Part shown: positions 1 to 9,659 of the stretch, piece by piece
Numbering within the stretch: the first letter of the stretch is position 1
How the letters are laid out: each line of letters begins with the position of its first letter
From: an uncultured bacterium
GTDB lineage: Bacteria > Verrucomicrobiota > Kiritimatiellia > RFP12 > UBA1067
Assembly (NCBI GenBank): GCA_902780865.1
Contig: CACZHC010000001.1
Span: forward strand, 3,554 to 67,553
DNA: 64,000 bases
Direction: 5' to 3'
The notes under the pieces: generated by a model
The model's input: the letters and a program-made list of their open reading frames with translations, nothing else
Told to the model about the DNA's origin: nothing
Database searches by the model: none
Program-made: the position numbers and the translations under genes

Positions 1-919
1 GGGGCAGCCCGTCGATGCCGTTGCCGTGACCTACGGCCCTGGCCTCGCACCGGCGCTCATCGTCGGGCTAAATGCGGCGAAGGGGCTCGCGAAGTCTCTC
101 GGCGTGCCGCTGATCGGAATAAACCACATCGAGGCGCATCTCCATTCCCCCTTTATCTACGATTCTCCCGACGACGCGGCGGCGAAGCTCGCCGATCCGC
201 GCGAGATCGGCCCTATGCTCGGTCTTGCCGTCTCAGGCGGAAACACGGTCTGGATCGATATGCCGGAATACGGGAAGTACGAGGTCGTCGGCGAGACGCT
301 TGACGACGCGGCGGGCGAGGCGTTCGACAAGGCGGCAAAGCTGCTCGGCCTAGGCTATCCTGGCGGGCTCAAGATCGACCGAATCTCCGCTGCCTATCGG
401 GAACGCTTCCCGAACGAACCGCTCATACCTTTCCCGAAAGGGCGCCCGCGCGACGGCGTGACGGCGCTCGCGGGGCTTCCCGCTGAGCTTTGCGTGTCGT
501 TCTCCGGGCTCAAGACTGCGCTTCTCAGGCATGTCCAGCACAATTCTTCGCTTGTCGAATCGAAGGAAGGGGCGCAGGACTTCGGCGGCTATGACGTCAC
601 GCCCGAAGTCGCGCATGTCGTCGCGTCCTACCAGGAGGCAATCGTCCAGGCAATTGCCGACCGCACTCGCGCCGCGCTGCGCCGCGGCTCCTACAGGGCG
701 TTTGTCCTTGGCGGCGGCGTTTCGCTCAACAGCCGCGTCCGCGCCGTCTTGACCAAAGTCTGCTCCGCGGCACATGTGCCGCTCCTGATGGCGAAGCCGA
801 AGTTCACGGGCGACAACGGCGCGATGGTGGCGGGACTTGCGTTCTATCGTCGAAACGTCTCTGGCGACGCGGCCTTTCGCGCCGACGCCTCTCCATCGCT
901 CCAAGTCGGCCTCGCATAG
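1..919 (+). CDS. tsaD: tRNA N6-adenosine threonylcarbamoyltransferase TsaD (Kae1/Gcp family), 5'-partial; in-frame from position 2
   Basis: Translation ..VDAVAVTYGPGLAPALIVGLNAAKGLAKSLGVPLIGINHIEAHL..VSGGNT..GETLDDAAGEAFDKAAKLLGLGYPGG matches the TsaD metal-binding HxEAH core and glycoprotease fold. The ORF runs open to the window start. Confidence 0.85.
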   Translation, partial: GQPVDAVAVTYGPGLAPALIVGLNAAKGLAKSLGVPLIGINHIEAHLHSPFIYDSPDDAAAKLADPREIGPMLGLAVSGGNTVWIDMPEYGKYEVVGETLDDAAGEAFDKAAKLLGLGYPGGLKIDRISAAYRERFPNEPLIPFPKGRPRDGVTALAGLPAELCVSFSGLKTALLRHVQHNSSLVESKEGAQDFGGYDVTPEVAHVVASYQEAIVQAIADRTRAALRRGSYRAFVLGGGVSLNSRVRAVLTKVCSAAHVPLLMAKPKFTGDNGAMVAGLAFYRRNVSGDAAFRADASPSLQVGLA

Positions 920-969
920 CGGGCTCAGAGTGGCGGGTGGTTTATTTTTTATACATGTATAATTTCTGA

Positions 970-999
970 TTGACGGGCGAGGCGGATTTATGCTAATCT
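970..999 (+). promoter_or_regulatory. sigma70-like promoter TTGACG-N18-TAATCT for the regulator gene; ATG lies 9 nt after the -10 (near-leaderless)
   Basis: Read directly from sequence. A perfect 12-bp palindrome TATACATGTATA at 950-961 sits just upstream and is a candidate operator. Confidence 0.4.
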
Positions 1000-1008
1000 G
1001 CTCTCGTC

Positions 1009-2097
1009 ATGGCGAAAAAGGTGAAATCCAGAGGGCGCCCGTCGCTCAACGCACGCATTGCGGATGTACTGCGCGAACGTGTCGCCGCGATGAAGCCGGG
1101 CGAGCCCTTCGGCACCGAGGTTGCGATAGCGGATGAGTGCGGTGTCAGTCGCATGACTGCGCGCAAGGCCGTCAACGCGCTTGTGGAAGAAGGGCTTCTG
1201 GAGCGCAGGGCCGGCGTCGGCATTTTTGTCCGCGGCAAGGGCGAGGTCACTCGCCGCTGGCGCTTTATCGCCGGCAATCTTCTGTGGGACAGCGCAATCA
1301 AGGCGGCGAGCGGTGCGAGGCGCGAGGCGCAGAAGATCGGAGCGGAGCTGGAACTCAAGGACGCTGGCGGCGACATGCGGGCGCTGCTCGCCGAGATCGC
1401 GGCGCTTCCCGATTCCGGCGCCACGGGCGCGATAGTGTTTTCCGTTCACGCGAAGGCGTTCGACGCGGCAGTACATGCCGTTGCGGAGAAGGGTTTTCCA
1501 ATAGTGGTCGTCGACGAAGATCTCGGGAAGAAGGTGCATGTCTCGTGCGTCGTCGCGGACAACGTAGTCGGCGGCAGACTCGCCGCGGAGCGGATCGTGA
1601 GCGCAGGTCACCGCCGCCTTGCGTTTATCGGCGACCTCGTGGCCGATACGGTTCGCGAGCGCTGGAGCGGATTCTCGAAGCTCGCCGCCGATCTGACGGG
1701 GGAGATTCCGCTCAAGTACGATGTGAAGGGCGAGGATCGACTCGGCGACTGGGGGATGGAGGTGCGCGCCGCCGTCGTTCGCATCGTGAAGCGCAAGGTG
1801 CGTCCGACCGCCGTCTTCTGCTCCTGCGACGCGATAGCGCGGCACGCGATGCGTGCGTTCGCGGAAGTCGGCATGCAGGTTCCGGACGACATTTCGCTCG
1901 TCGGATTCGACGACGATCCTATTGCGGAGTGGACGACTCCCGCGCTCACGACGGTGCGTCAGGATTTTTCGGCGATGGGTCTCGAGGCGGTGAAGGCGCT
2001 TGTCGCGCGGATCGCGAAGCCCGCCGCGCCGGGCGCAACGGTCGCAGTGCCGGTGGAATTTGTCGCGAGGGAATCTCTTGCGAGAAGAAGAAACTGA
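1009..2097 (+). CDS. Transcriptional regulator with an N-terminal GntR-type HTH fused to a LacI/PBP-type periplasmic-binding-like ligand domain
   Basis: N-terminus RPSLNARIADVLRERV..GEPFGTEVAIADECGVSRMTARKAVNALVEEGLLERRAGVGIFV is GntR-HTH-like. The C-terminal half (..AFIG.., LVGFDDDPIAEWTTPALTTVRQD) resembles the LacI-family sugar-binding domain. Confidence 0.7.
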   Translation: MAKKVKSRGRPSLNARIADVLRERVAAMKPGEPFGTEVAIADECGVSRMTARKAVNALVEEGLLERRAGVGIFVRGKGEVTRRWRFIAGNLLWDSAIKAASGARREAQKIGAELELKDAGGDMRALLAEIAALPDSGATGAIVFSVHAKAFDAAVHAVAEKGFPIVVVDEDLGKKVHVSCVVADNVVGGRLAAERIVSAGHRRLAFIGDLVADTVRERWSGFSKLAADLTGEIPLKYDVKGEDRLGDWGMEVRAAVVRIVKRKVRPTAVFCSCDAIARHAMRAFAEVGMQVPDDISLVGFDDDPIAEWTTPALTTVRQDFSAMGLEAVKALVARIAKPAAPGATVAVPVEFVARESLARRRN

Positions 2098-2107
2098 TTT
2101 AACGTAC

Positions 2108-4306
2108 ATGAAAGGGAAAGCCATGAAAAATAACAACATGCTCGTGACCGTTATTGCGGCCTTTGCGACATTTGCTTCCGCCTGGGCGGCAAATGTCACC
2201 TGGAACAATTCGACTGGCAACGGCCAGTGGTCCGATCCCGACAACTGGGCCGGAGGCGCACTGCCCGGCGAAGGGGATGTGGCTGTCATCGGTTCGGATG
2301 TGACGCTTGACGTTGACACGACGGTATTGGGGGTGTCGTTGTCCGGCTCCCCGGTGATTGATGGCGCAGAGCATCGGCTGACCGTCTTGAACGGAACGGT
2401 CACGGGCGGATCGAAGCCCGTCGTCAAGTGCAAGCTCGTCTTCCCTGAAGGCGTGGCAGCGACCGTCAGGCCTGCGCAGGGATATGGCAACATAATGACG
2501 ATCGAGGGCGGAATCGATGGCGGCGTTTCCGTTGCGTCCACGGGCGGGAATCAGAATTTCAATATTCGCTACACGAACGAGACCATTCGAACTGGGGCGC
2601 TCCTTGCGGACTTTGGCACGACGTTCTTTTCCCCGCTGGACGTAAGCAGCATCACTCTTTCCGATCCCTGGGCGGATGCGAACGGCAACTCCCCGACGTT
2701 CACCTTCTGGCCATCGGCGACTCTGGCCAACGATACGGTTATCACGACGAAACAAGGTATTGTCACGGTGGCCTTCACGGATCAATACGAAACCGCTCCC
2801 GTCACGTTCACGGTCCCCAAGCTGCACCTGGCTTCGGCGGGCAGGACGTCGCTGTCCTGCAATTTCTATGGCGTACAGAACTTTGTCAGGATCAATGCGT
2901 TTGAGCGCGATTCCGGAGCGATGCTCCACATCAACAACAGAAAGCTCGGTTCCTCGGCCTTCGATCCGGGAGTTAACGCCGGCATCTTCATCCAGGGGAT
3001 TCCGACGGATGCACAGGGGCGCGTCCCTGCCTGGGCCTACAACGACAGCTACCGCATCAAGGTGCTGGGAAACGGGGCTCTGGTTCCTGTTGCGTATAAC
3101 GACTACGCCAACCTCGCAGCGGAAATCGCGGTCAACGATCCGACGGGACTCTATCGCCTCCACTATGTGCAGGACTCGGCGCTGACGGCGGACACCGACA
3201 TCGATTCGCTCATCATGAACGGCAACTTCAATTCAACGGACAACACGATGCGTCTCGACCTCGGCGACTACGACCTTCGCCTGCATGGCGGCGCCCTCGC
3301 CTTGCGCGACTACGCCTCGAAGGAAATCTCCGCATCCGGGGACGGCGCCCTTGTCATCGCGGCAGACCAAGCGGTGTTCAACTTTACATATAATGTCAAC
3401 CGTATCGAAATCTCCGCTCCGATCGAATGGGAGAAGCCTGCCGGTTCTACCGTCGATTATCCCGACTTCCTCATGCCGTACTATTCCGGGGCCGAGACTA
3501 TCTTCTCCGGCGAGGATCGCGTCGGCGACTGGGGCGCGCTCAGCGCGGACGGCCGCAACAATGGCGGCTCGCTGCTCATCTTCGACGGCCCGTCCGACCG
3601 GACGTTCCACGGCCCCGTCGGCGGACGGTTCTGGATGCGCAAGCGCGGCACCGGCACGCTCACCTTCGCCGGGCCCGACATCACGCGCGGTCGACAGATA
3701 TTCGTCGAGGACGGTACCGTGGTCATTGCAGATAACAACGCGCCAAGGATTGACTGCGTCACGAATGGTGCGACGCTCAGAGTCGAGAAGGATATTGTCT
3801 GGACCCAGACAGCAGTTGTTTGGGATGACAGCGTCCTTGAGGGATTCGGGACACTGAATCCAGGACTTAACCAGAATTACCTTCAGCCGGGATGCATTCT
3901 GCGTGGCGGCACGGCAAGCGAGCCTGGCACGTTCTCGTTCGGCGGTCAGGTGGTGATTCCAACGAACGTCGTTATCGACGTCGGTTTTACGGGTGATGCT
4001 CACGGGCAGATACATGTCGGCGGCAAGTTGACGTTCAGGTCCAATCTCGATACGGAGGTCGTTGTTCGCGTGGCGGATGTCGACAAGACGGCGGCCATTC
4101 GCCCGTCTGACACGTTTGTTGTTCTCGATTACGGTGGTAGCCTCGAGAACTACGATGCAGGGCGCATTTCATTCGTCGTGGAAAATGTCTCGCCGAAGAG
4201 ACTCGATACGAGCGCGGCGCAGCTTGCATTTAATACCAAGACGAAGACGCTGTCGGTCACAGGCATCAAGAGTGTGAGCAAGGGCCTCGCCGTCTTCATT
4301 AGGTGA
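2108..4306 (+). CDS. Secreted autotransporter-associated beta-strand repeat (PATR-like) / beta-helix surface protein; ends ..KGLAVFIR
   Basis: Signal peptide MKGKAMKNNNMLVTVIAAFATFASAWA. N-terminal motif NVTWNNSTGNGQWSDPDNWAGGALP is typical of PVC-group PATR proteins. Gly/Thr/Asn-rich beta repeats. Start chosen at the first ATG with an n-region (2108); the track ORF begins upstream at 2000. Confidence 0.6.
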   Translation: MKGKAMKNNNMLVTVIAAFATFASAWAANVTWNNSTGNGQWSDPDNWAGGALPGEGDVAVIGSDVTLDVDTTVLGVSLSGSPVIDGAEHRLTVLNGTVTGGSKPVVKCKLVFPEGVAATVRPAQGYGNIMTIEGGIDGGVSVASTGGNQNFNIRYTNETIRTGALLADFGTTFFSPLDVSSITLSDPWADANGNSPTFTFWPSATLANDTVITTKQGIVTVAFTDQYETAPVTFTVPKLHLASAGRTSLSCNFYGVQNFVRINAFERDSGAMLHINNRKLGSSAFDPGVNAGIFIQGIPTDAQGRVPAWAYNDSYRIKVLGNGALVPVAYNDYANLAAEIAVNDPTGLYRLHYVQDSALTADTDIDSLIMNGNFNSTDNTMRLDLGDYDLRLHGGALALRDYASKEISASGDGALVIAADQAVFNFTYNVNRIEISAPIEWEKPAGSTVDYPDFLMPYYSGAETIFSGEDRVGDWGALSADGRNNGGSLLIFDGPSDRTFHGPVGGRFWMRKRGTGTLTFAGPDITRGRQIFVEDGTVVIADNNAPRIDCVTNGATLRVEKDIVWTQTAVVWDDSVLEGFGTLNPGLNQNYLQPGCILRGGTASEPGTFSFGGQVVIPTNVVIDVGFTGDAHGQIHVGGKLTFRSNLDTEVVVRVADVDKTAAIRPSDTFVVLDYGGSLENYDAGRISFVVENVSPKRLDTSAAQLAFNTKTKTLSVTGIKSVSKGLAVFIR

Positions 4307-4315
4307 TGAGTTTTG

Positions 4316-4345
4316 ATAAAACAGGTCTGACCTGTTTTATCATTT
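4316..4345 (+). terminator. Rho-independent terminator (AAACAGGTC-TGA-GACCTGTTT hairpin plus T-run)
   Basis: Perfect inverted repeat followed by tatcatttt, immediately after the stop at 4306. Confidence 0.6.
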
Positions 4346-4420
4346 TCAACAGCGGAGATTCGCGGCGTCGGCAACACGGCTTTTGTAGCTCGCAAGATGG
4401 ATAAAGTGGAGGATACTGAG

Positions 4421-6238
4421 ATGAAGTTGGCTTATATCATTCAATGCGTCGCGCTTGCCGCGATGGTCGCGCATGCAGACGAGGCGGCGATTGCGCCGAA
4501 ATGCCTCTATTCGGTGTCGGAGACAAGCCAGGAGACCAAGGTGAAGCCAGAGAAGGTCGTGACGGTCTCGGCTGGCGGCGTGGTCTCGGTCGCGGGCTCA
4601 GGCGCGGAATATCCGTGCGTAGACTTCGTTCCGGCGAATGGCGTGTGGGATCTCTCGCCGTGGGGACACATCGAGACGCAGGTGAAGAATACCTCTGACA
4701 TGCCGATTTCCGTCAACATGCGCGTCGACCATACCGATCCCTTCCAGAGCAACACGGAAATCGCCTACCTGAAGCCCGGCGAGTCGCGCACCTTGAAGGT
4801 CATCTTCGGCTACCAGTACGGCTTCAAGCCAGGTCCGAAACTCGACCCTTCCAAGATAAAGCTCGTCAAACTCTTCGTCGGCGGGAAGAGCGACAAGACG
4901 CGCACTTTCACTTTCACCGACATCTTCGCGAACGGTCCCGCCGGAGAGAAGCCGCCGCTGAATCCTAACTACGTCGTCACGGTTCCCGAAAACGGCGTGA
5001 TGATTCCGATGAAGAAGGGCACGGACAAGAACCTTTCCACATTCAATGACGCAAAGGCCGTCTTCACTAAGAGCGGGACTGTTGCCGTGACACTCGGAGA
5101 ACGCGAATGGGGCGCGGTTCGCGTGAAGCCCGCCATGGGCAGCTGGAACCTCGGCTCGTGGCTCAAGGTGAAGGCCGTAGTCAAAAACACCTCCAGCACT
5201 GAAGTTGCCCCGCGCATGAAGATCGACGGCGGCGAGGCGATTGAGACTGACGAGACGCCGATCGCCCCGGGAAAGACCGCCGTCATCGAAAAGACTTTCT
5301 TCGCCCCGAAGAGCTGGTGCGCGAAGGAAGGTCAGGGCACGCTGCCAGGCTGCACATACAAGTTCGAGAGCCATCGCGTGAAGGGCGTAGTATTCAGCGC
5401 CAAGGGGCAGCGCAAGACGTTTGAGATTCTCGAAATCAAGGCCGAGGATGTCATCGCGGAGCTTCCCGGTTGGCTCGGCAAGAAACCGCCAGTGCCGGGA
5501 GACTGGAAGCTCGTCTGGCACGACGAGTTCAACGGGAATGAGCTTAATGACGATTGGGAAATCTATACGGCGAACTACTGGGACAAGCGCACGCACTTCA
5601 CGAAGGACAACGCCTTCCTGCGCGGCGGCAATGCAGTCCTCAAGTACGAGAAGAAGACCGGACACCAGAACGACGATCCATCCGCGAAGACGACGGACTA
5701 TGCATGCGGATTCCTCAGCACCTACGGAAGGAAGACGTGGACGTACGGATACTTTGAGGCGCGCATGAAGCTCCCGACGGCTCCAGGGCTCTGGCCTGCA
5801 TTCTGGACGATGCCAGACCGCGGCGCGGACAAGGGGCCGCAGTGGGTTCGCGCCGATACGAAGAACGGCGGCATGGAGTTCGACGTCATGGAGCACCTCA
5901 CGGCGTGGGGCCCGCATCGCTTCAATATCGCCTGCCACTGGGACGGCTATGGCAAGGACCACAAGTCGGTCGGCACATCTGGCGCGTATCTTCCTGCGGA
6001 CAAGGACGGCTACATAGTCGTGGGCTTCCTCTGGCTGCCGGGACAGTATGTAGTCTACGGGAACGGCGTGGAAATCGGACGTCTCGAATCGAGCCGCATT
6101 TGCAATGTGCCGAGTTACGTGATACTATACATGGTCTCCGGCGGATGGGCGAACGTGGCGCTCGAAGACGAGAAGCTCCCCGACGAGTTCCAGATCGACT
6201 GGATCCGCGTCTGGCAGCGCAGGGACATGGTGAAGTAA
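4421..6238 (+). CDS. Secreted glycoside hydrolase family 16 (laminarinase/beta-glucanase-like) with N-terminal beta-sandwich domains
   Basis: Signal peptide MKLAYIIQCVALAAMVAHA. C-terminal region WKLVWHDEFNGNELNDDWEI...GLWPAFWTMPD...MEFDVMEH carries the GH16 E-x-D-x-x-E catalytic motif. Confidence 0.75.
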   Translation: MKLAYIIQCVALAAMVAHADEAAIAPKCLYSVSETSQETKVKPEKVVTVSAGGVVSVAGSGAEYPCVDFVPANGVWDLSPWGHIETQVKNTSDMPISVNMRVDHTDPFQSNTEIAYLKPGESRTLKVIFGYQYGFKPGPKLDPSKIKLVKLFVGGKSDKTRTFTFTDIFANGPAGEKPPLNPNYVVTVPENGVMIPMKKGTDKNLSTFNDAKAVFTKSGTVAVTLGEREWGAVRVKPAMGSWNLGSWLKVKAVVKNTSSTEVAPRMKIDGGEAIETDETPIAPGKTAVIEKTFFAPKSWCAKEGQGTLPGCTYKFESHRVKGVVFSAKGQRKTFEILEIKAEDVIAELPGWLGKKPPVPGDWKLVWHDEFNGNELNDDWEIYTANYWDKRTHFTKDNAFLRGGNAVLKYEKKTGHQNDDPSAKTTDYACGFLSTYGRKTWTYGYFEARMKLPTAPGLWPAFWTMPDRGADKGPQWVRADTKNGGMEFDVMEHLTAWGPHRFNIACHWDGYGKDHKSVGTSGAYLPADKDGYIVVGFLWLPGQYVVYGNGVEIGRLESSRICNVPSYVILYMVSGGWANVALEDEKLPDEFQIDWIRVWQRRDMVK

Positions 6239-6271
6239 CCACATTCCACAACCACAAAGCAAGGACAAAAA

Positions 6272-9200
6272 ATGAACAAGCAAGCACTGGCAATTCTCGC
6301 AATGGCTGTCGTCGTGGGCGCTTCGGCCGCTAATCTCACTTGGGTCGGTGGATCGGAAGGAGACTGGAACACGGCAACCAATTGGGACCCGCAGCAGGTG
6401 CCGACAAACAACGACACTGTGTTCTTTGATTCTGCACAGAACATTACAGTCAATCTTGGTGCGACGCAGATATTCGCAACGCTTTCGGTCTCTAACACGC
6501 CTTGCCTTAAGTTCGTCGGCGCTGCAAGCGGTTCTGAAATTCAGGTTCAGCAGGATTCGAAGTGGACTTTGTATGCTCCTGTTGTCTTTGACGAGAATAC
6601 GTATGTGAAATTCCTTGCCGGGAAGGTCTGGACGAACAATTCAACGATTGACTTCCTCGGTGGCGTTGGCGCCAACAATTCGACGCCGACACTGGGCGGA
6701 ACCGGCCTCTACAAGGTCCGTGGTCCCGTCGACTTCCCATCCGGCGTCAATCTCGCCGCGCCAATCGACTGGGGTCCCTCATCCGTGACGGCGGAGACCG
6801 TTTACAACGTCAACTCCTGCGACTGGCAATTCAACGCCGCGCCAACTGTCGAGGGCCATCTCGTCCGCTTCTCCGGCGGCACGGGCGGACCGGGCGGATC
6901 TGCTCCGTTGACGTTCAAGTCTTCCGACGATACGCGTCCTTCGGCGGGCATAAACCAGTACGCGAACCCAAATCTCTATCTGAGGCGGACGATGCCGACC
7001 GTCTTCGAGGACTGGTTCGCCCTCTGCCTCGGCAACGCCTGCAACAACAACAAGGTTGGCTTCACGCTCGGTTCAGGCGCGAATCTCTGGATCCCCGCCG
7101 ACATCACGACCGCGAACAACCGCGAGTATTCTTCTGAGTCCCCAACTGGAGGTTTCAAGCTTGCATTCAAAGGCTGCGGCGCGAACGTCCGGCTCACTGG
7201 CGACAATTCGTTTCAGGGTGGTGGTGCTGCTATGGATTTGATTTGTGAAAATGGTTGCGGGTATAATTCGGTGGAAATCGACGGCGACGGAGATACGATT
7301 CATCCGTTCGGCGAGGCGACGAGCAGCCTCTACTCGAACACGGGTCATGGCGTATTCATCAAGGCCCTCACGTCCGGCAAGACCCTTGCGAACGGCTTCT
7401 CCTACGGCAACTCGGTGAACAACAACAACGCCTACACCTTCGGTTTCGACGGAACGAACGACCTGACCGTGTCGGGCGACTTTACGCTCGGCACGGCCTA
7501 TTCGATGATCCCTGTCATTGGCGATATGACGCTGACGCTTACGGGAACGCTGAATCCGCAGAACAGGAACTTCGACTTCGCCGGCATCGGCGATGTCGTG
7601 CTCGGTCCGATGTCGCAGTACACCGGCTCGACGGGAACGCTCGTCAAGCACAGCGCGGGTTCGCTTACGCTTCAGGGCGCGCTCGTGGGCACAAGCTACA
7701 ACACGGCGTATTTCTCGGGCGGGAAGACGATCCTCGACTACACGCAGAATGCAGCGAGCCGTCTGAACACGGCGAACTCTGCCAATCTTGAGACGCCCGT
7801 CGCGCTCGCGGACGCCCTGCGTCTGCGCGGCACGGAACTCATACTGAAGGGTGGCTCCGTCTCCGAGACGGTCGGCGAAGGGAACGGCACCACGTTCCAG
7901 AACGGCCTCACCAAGATTCGCCGTGACGGCGGCATGTCGACAATCTATCTCGGCACGCTCTCGCCTGCCCCCACGGGCGCGCAGGCCTATACCGCGGCAA
8001 TGTCCTATGAGGGTGGCGTGGCGCAGGTTGCACCGTCCCAAGCAGGGGCGCTCCTTGGCGGGAACCACATGGTCGGTGACCATTTTGCGAAGACGGATGC
8101 GGACGGCTTTATCGTCGTGGCGGCGGACAACGAGACCAGCGACATCACGACCATCACTGGAAGTCAGACGACGGGTCGCCTTGTGAATAACCTCTTCGTT
8201 ATCGAGCCGACGGAGGATGGACAGGCGCTTACACTAAACTCCGCGACTGCCCCGTTTGTGGCGAACTGGAACGGCATGATTTTCCGCGGGCCGCATGATT
8301 TCACCGTGACGGGCGGCCAGTTTGGCGGAACCGCCACATGGAACCACTCACTGATCTTCAACCATGTCGGAACAGGCGTCTTCACCATCAACTCCGAACT
8401 CTACCGGAACGGCTTCACAAAGATTGGCCCCGGCACGGTGCGAATCACCGGCACGAGCACGCTGGGGCAGTCGCTCAATCTCTACGAGGGGGTGTTCGAA
8501 GTCGCGTCTGCGACCGGCTTCAGCCCGTCGTCAAAAGGCAATTACGTCGTTTATCTCAACGGCGGCACACTGAAGACTTCCGTTGATGTGACGCTTGAGC
8601 GCCCGCTCAGTGTCGGCGACAACGGCGGCGTGATCGACGTCGTGGCGAACACCACGTTCACGCAGAGCGGAAATACGGTGACGACGGCCGACAACACGTC
8701 TGGCCCCGTCGTGAAGCGCGGCGGCGGCACGTGGCTCCCCTCGGGCGACTTCCAAGCGCAGAGCGAGCTTCGCATCGAAGAGGGCACGGTGAGGCTCGGG
8801 TCGACGAAAGGCATCGGCGATGCGTCGAGCCGCACGCGCGCGATTGCACCGACGAAGATCCTTGCGGACGGCACGCTCGATGTCGCGGGTTTTGCGGCCA
8901 GGCTCGGCAATGTCTATCTTGACGGCGGTAGGATTGTCGATACGTCAGAAGGCGGCTCTCTCGGTGCGTATACGTTCTTTGCCACGTCGGGAACGGTGGA
9001 TGCGGTTCTGTCTGACGGCGCGCACCAGAACGGAAGCTGCTACTTCAATGCCACCAACCTCAAGAAGGATGGTCCGGGCACGCTGACGCTTTCGGCGGCG
9101 AACACGTTCACGGGCACGGCGTTCGTACACGACGGCACTCTTCTCCTTACTGGCAGCCTCGCCGGGTCGGCATACGTCGACGGTGGTGTACTCGAGGGCT

Positions 9201-9622
9201 CGGGTTCCATCGCTGGATATGCATATGCGACGAAGGACGGCGCGATATGCGCTACGCCCGGAACGGTGCTGTCGTTCGGTGACAAGCTTGCAGTTGGCGA
9301 AGGCGGTTCGCTGTGCGTCGCTGCAACAAGCGACGTAGTTGGAACATTTGCGCTCACATCCGCTGAAGGCGCCGTATATCTCGGCGAGAACGCATATCTT
9401 AGCTTTGACCTTCGTGGCGGAACGCTCGGCGCGCTCGCCGGCGAGCATGTTATTGTCGATTTGCCTGCTGGGGCTAAGGTCGAGGGAGAGTTTGCGAACT
9501 TCGTCAATGGCAAGTACACGGACGACAACGGAAACAAGTATGTCGTGAACTATGCGGGCGGCGACGGCAATGATATCGTGCTTTCCGCCCGCGGAAGCGG
9601 CTTTGCCATTTTCGTGCGATGA
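6272..9622 (+). CDS. Large secreted autotransporter-associated beta-strand repeat (PATR) protein; ends ..GSGFAIFVR
   Basis: Signal peptide. NLTWVGGSEGDWNTATNWDPQQVP N-terminus. Repeated units of the form GTLTLSAANTFTGTAFVHDGTLLLTGSLAGS..VDGGVLEGSGSI, characteristic of PATR repeats. Confidence 0.65.
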   Translation: MNKQALAILAMAVVVGASAANLTWVGGSEGDWNTATNWDPQQVPTNNDTVFFDSAQNITVNLGATQIFATLSVSNTPCLKFVGAASGSEIQVQQDSKWTLYAPVVFDENTYVKFLAGKVWTNNSTIDFLGGVGANNSTPTLGGTGLYKVRGPVDFPSGVNLAAPIDWGPSSVTAETVYNVNSCDWQFNAAPTVEGHLVRFSGGTGGPGGSAPLTFKSSDDTRPSAGINQYANPNLYLRRTMPTVFEDWFALCLGNACNNNKVGFTLGSGANLWIPADITTANNREYSSESPTGGFKLAFKGCGANVRLTGDNSFQGGGAAMDLICENGCGYNSVEIDGDGDTIHPFGEATSSLYSNTGHGVFIKALTSGKTLANGFSYGNSVNNNNAYTFGFDGTNDLTVSGDFTLGTAYSMIPVIGDMTLTLTGTLNPQNRNFDFAGIGDVVLGPMSQYTGSTGTLVKHSAGSLTLQGALVGTSYNTAYFSGGKTILDYTQNAASRLNTANSANLETPVALADALRLRGTELILKGGSVSETVGEGNGTTFQNGLTKIRRDGGMSTIYLGTLSPAPTGAQAYTAAMSYEGGVAQVAPSQAGALLGGNHMVGDHFAKTDADGFIVVAADNETSDITTITGSQTTGRLVNNLFVIEPTEDGQALTLNSATAPFVANWNGMIFRGPHDFTVTGGQFGGTATWNHSLIFNHVGTGVFTINSELYRNGFTKIGPGTVRITGTSTLGQSLNLYEGVFEVASATGFSPSSKGNYVVYLNGGTLKTSVDVTLERPLSVGDNGGVIDVVANTTFTQSGNTVTTADNTSGPVVKRGGGTWLPSGDFQAQSELRIEEGTVRLGSTKGIGDASSRTRAIAPTKILADGTLDVAGFAARLGNVYLDGGRIVDTSEGGSLGAYTFFATSGTVDAVLSDGAHQNGSCYFNATNLKKDGPGTLTLSAANTFTGTAFVHDGTLLLTGSLAGSAYVDGGVLEGSGSIAGYAYATKDGAICATPGTVLSFGDKLAVGEGGSLCVAATSDVVGTFALTSAEGAVYLGENAYLSFDLRGGTLGALAGEHVIVDLPAGAKVEGEFANFVNGKYTDDNGNKYVVNYAGGDGNDIVLSARGSGFAIFVR

Positions 9623-9659
9623 AAGACATGGGATAATTCTGGAGCAGAGGAGGTATTTC

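Noticed and set aside
1137-2102. 321-aa plus-strand ORF in an alternative frame within the regulator gene, and similar Arg-rich alternative-frame ORFs throughout (e.g. 14592..15176, 32680..33390, 61785..63254)
   Set aside because: Alternative frames of well-supported genes. Translations are arginine-rich low complexity typical of GC-rich out-of-frame reads.
988-2541. 517-aa minus-strand ORF, and similar long minus ORFs (14111..15496, 15379..17121, 16823..18307, 18558..19973, 21262..22893, 26718..30167, 45753..47120, 50010..51311, 53823..56384, 61561..62886)
   Set aside because: Each lies antisense to a plus-strand gene with clear family motifs (regulator, pgk, HK, LamG giant, M14, S8, GH, dxs). 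Their translations are Arg/Ala/Gly-rich low-complexity sequence typical of antisense frames in high-GC DNA, with no recognisable motifs.
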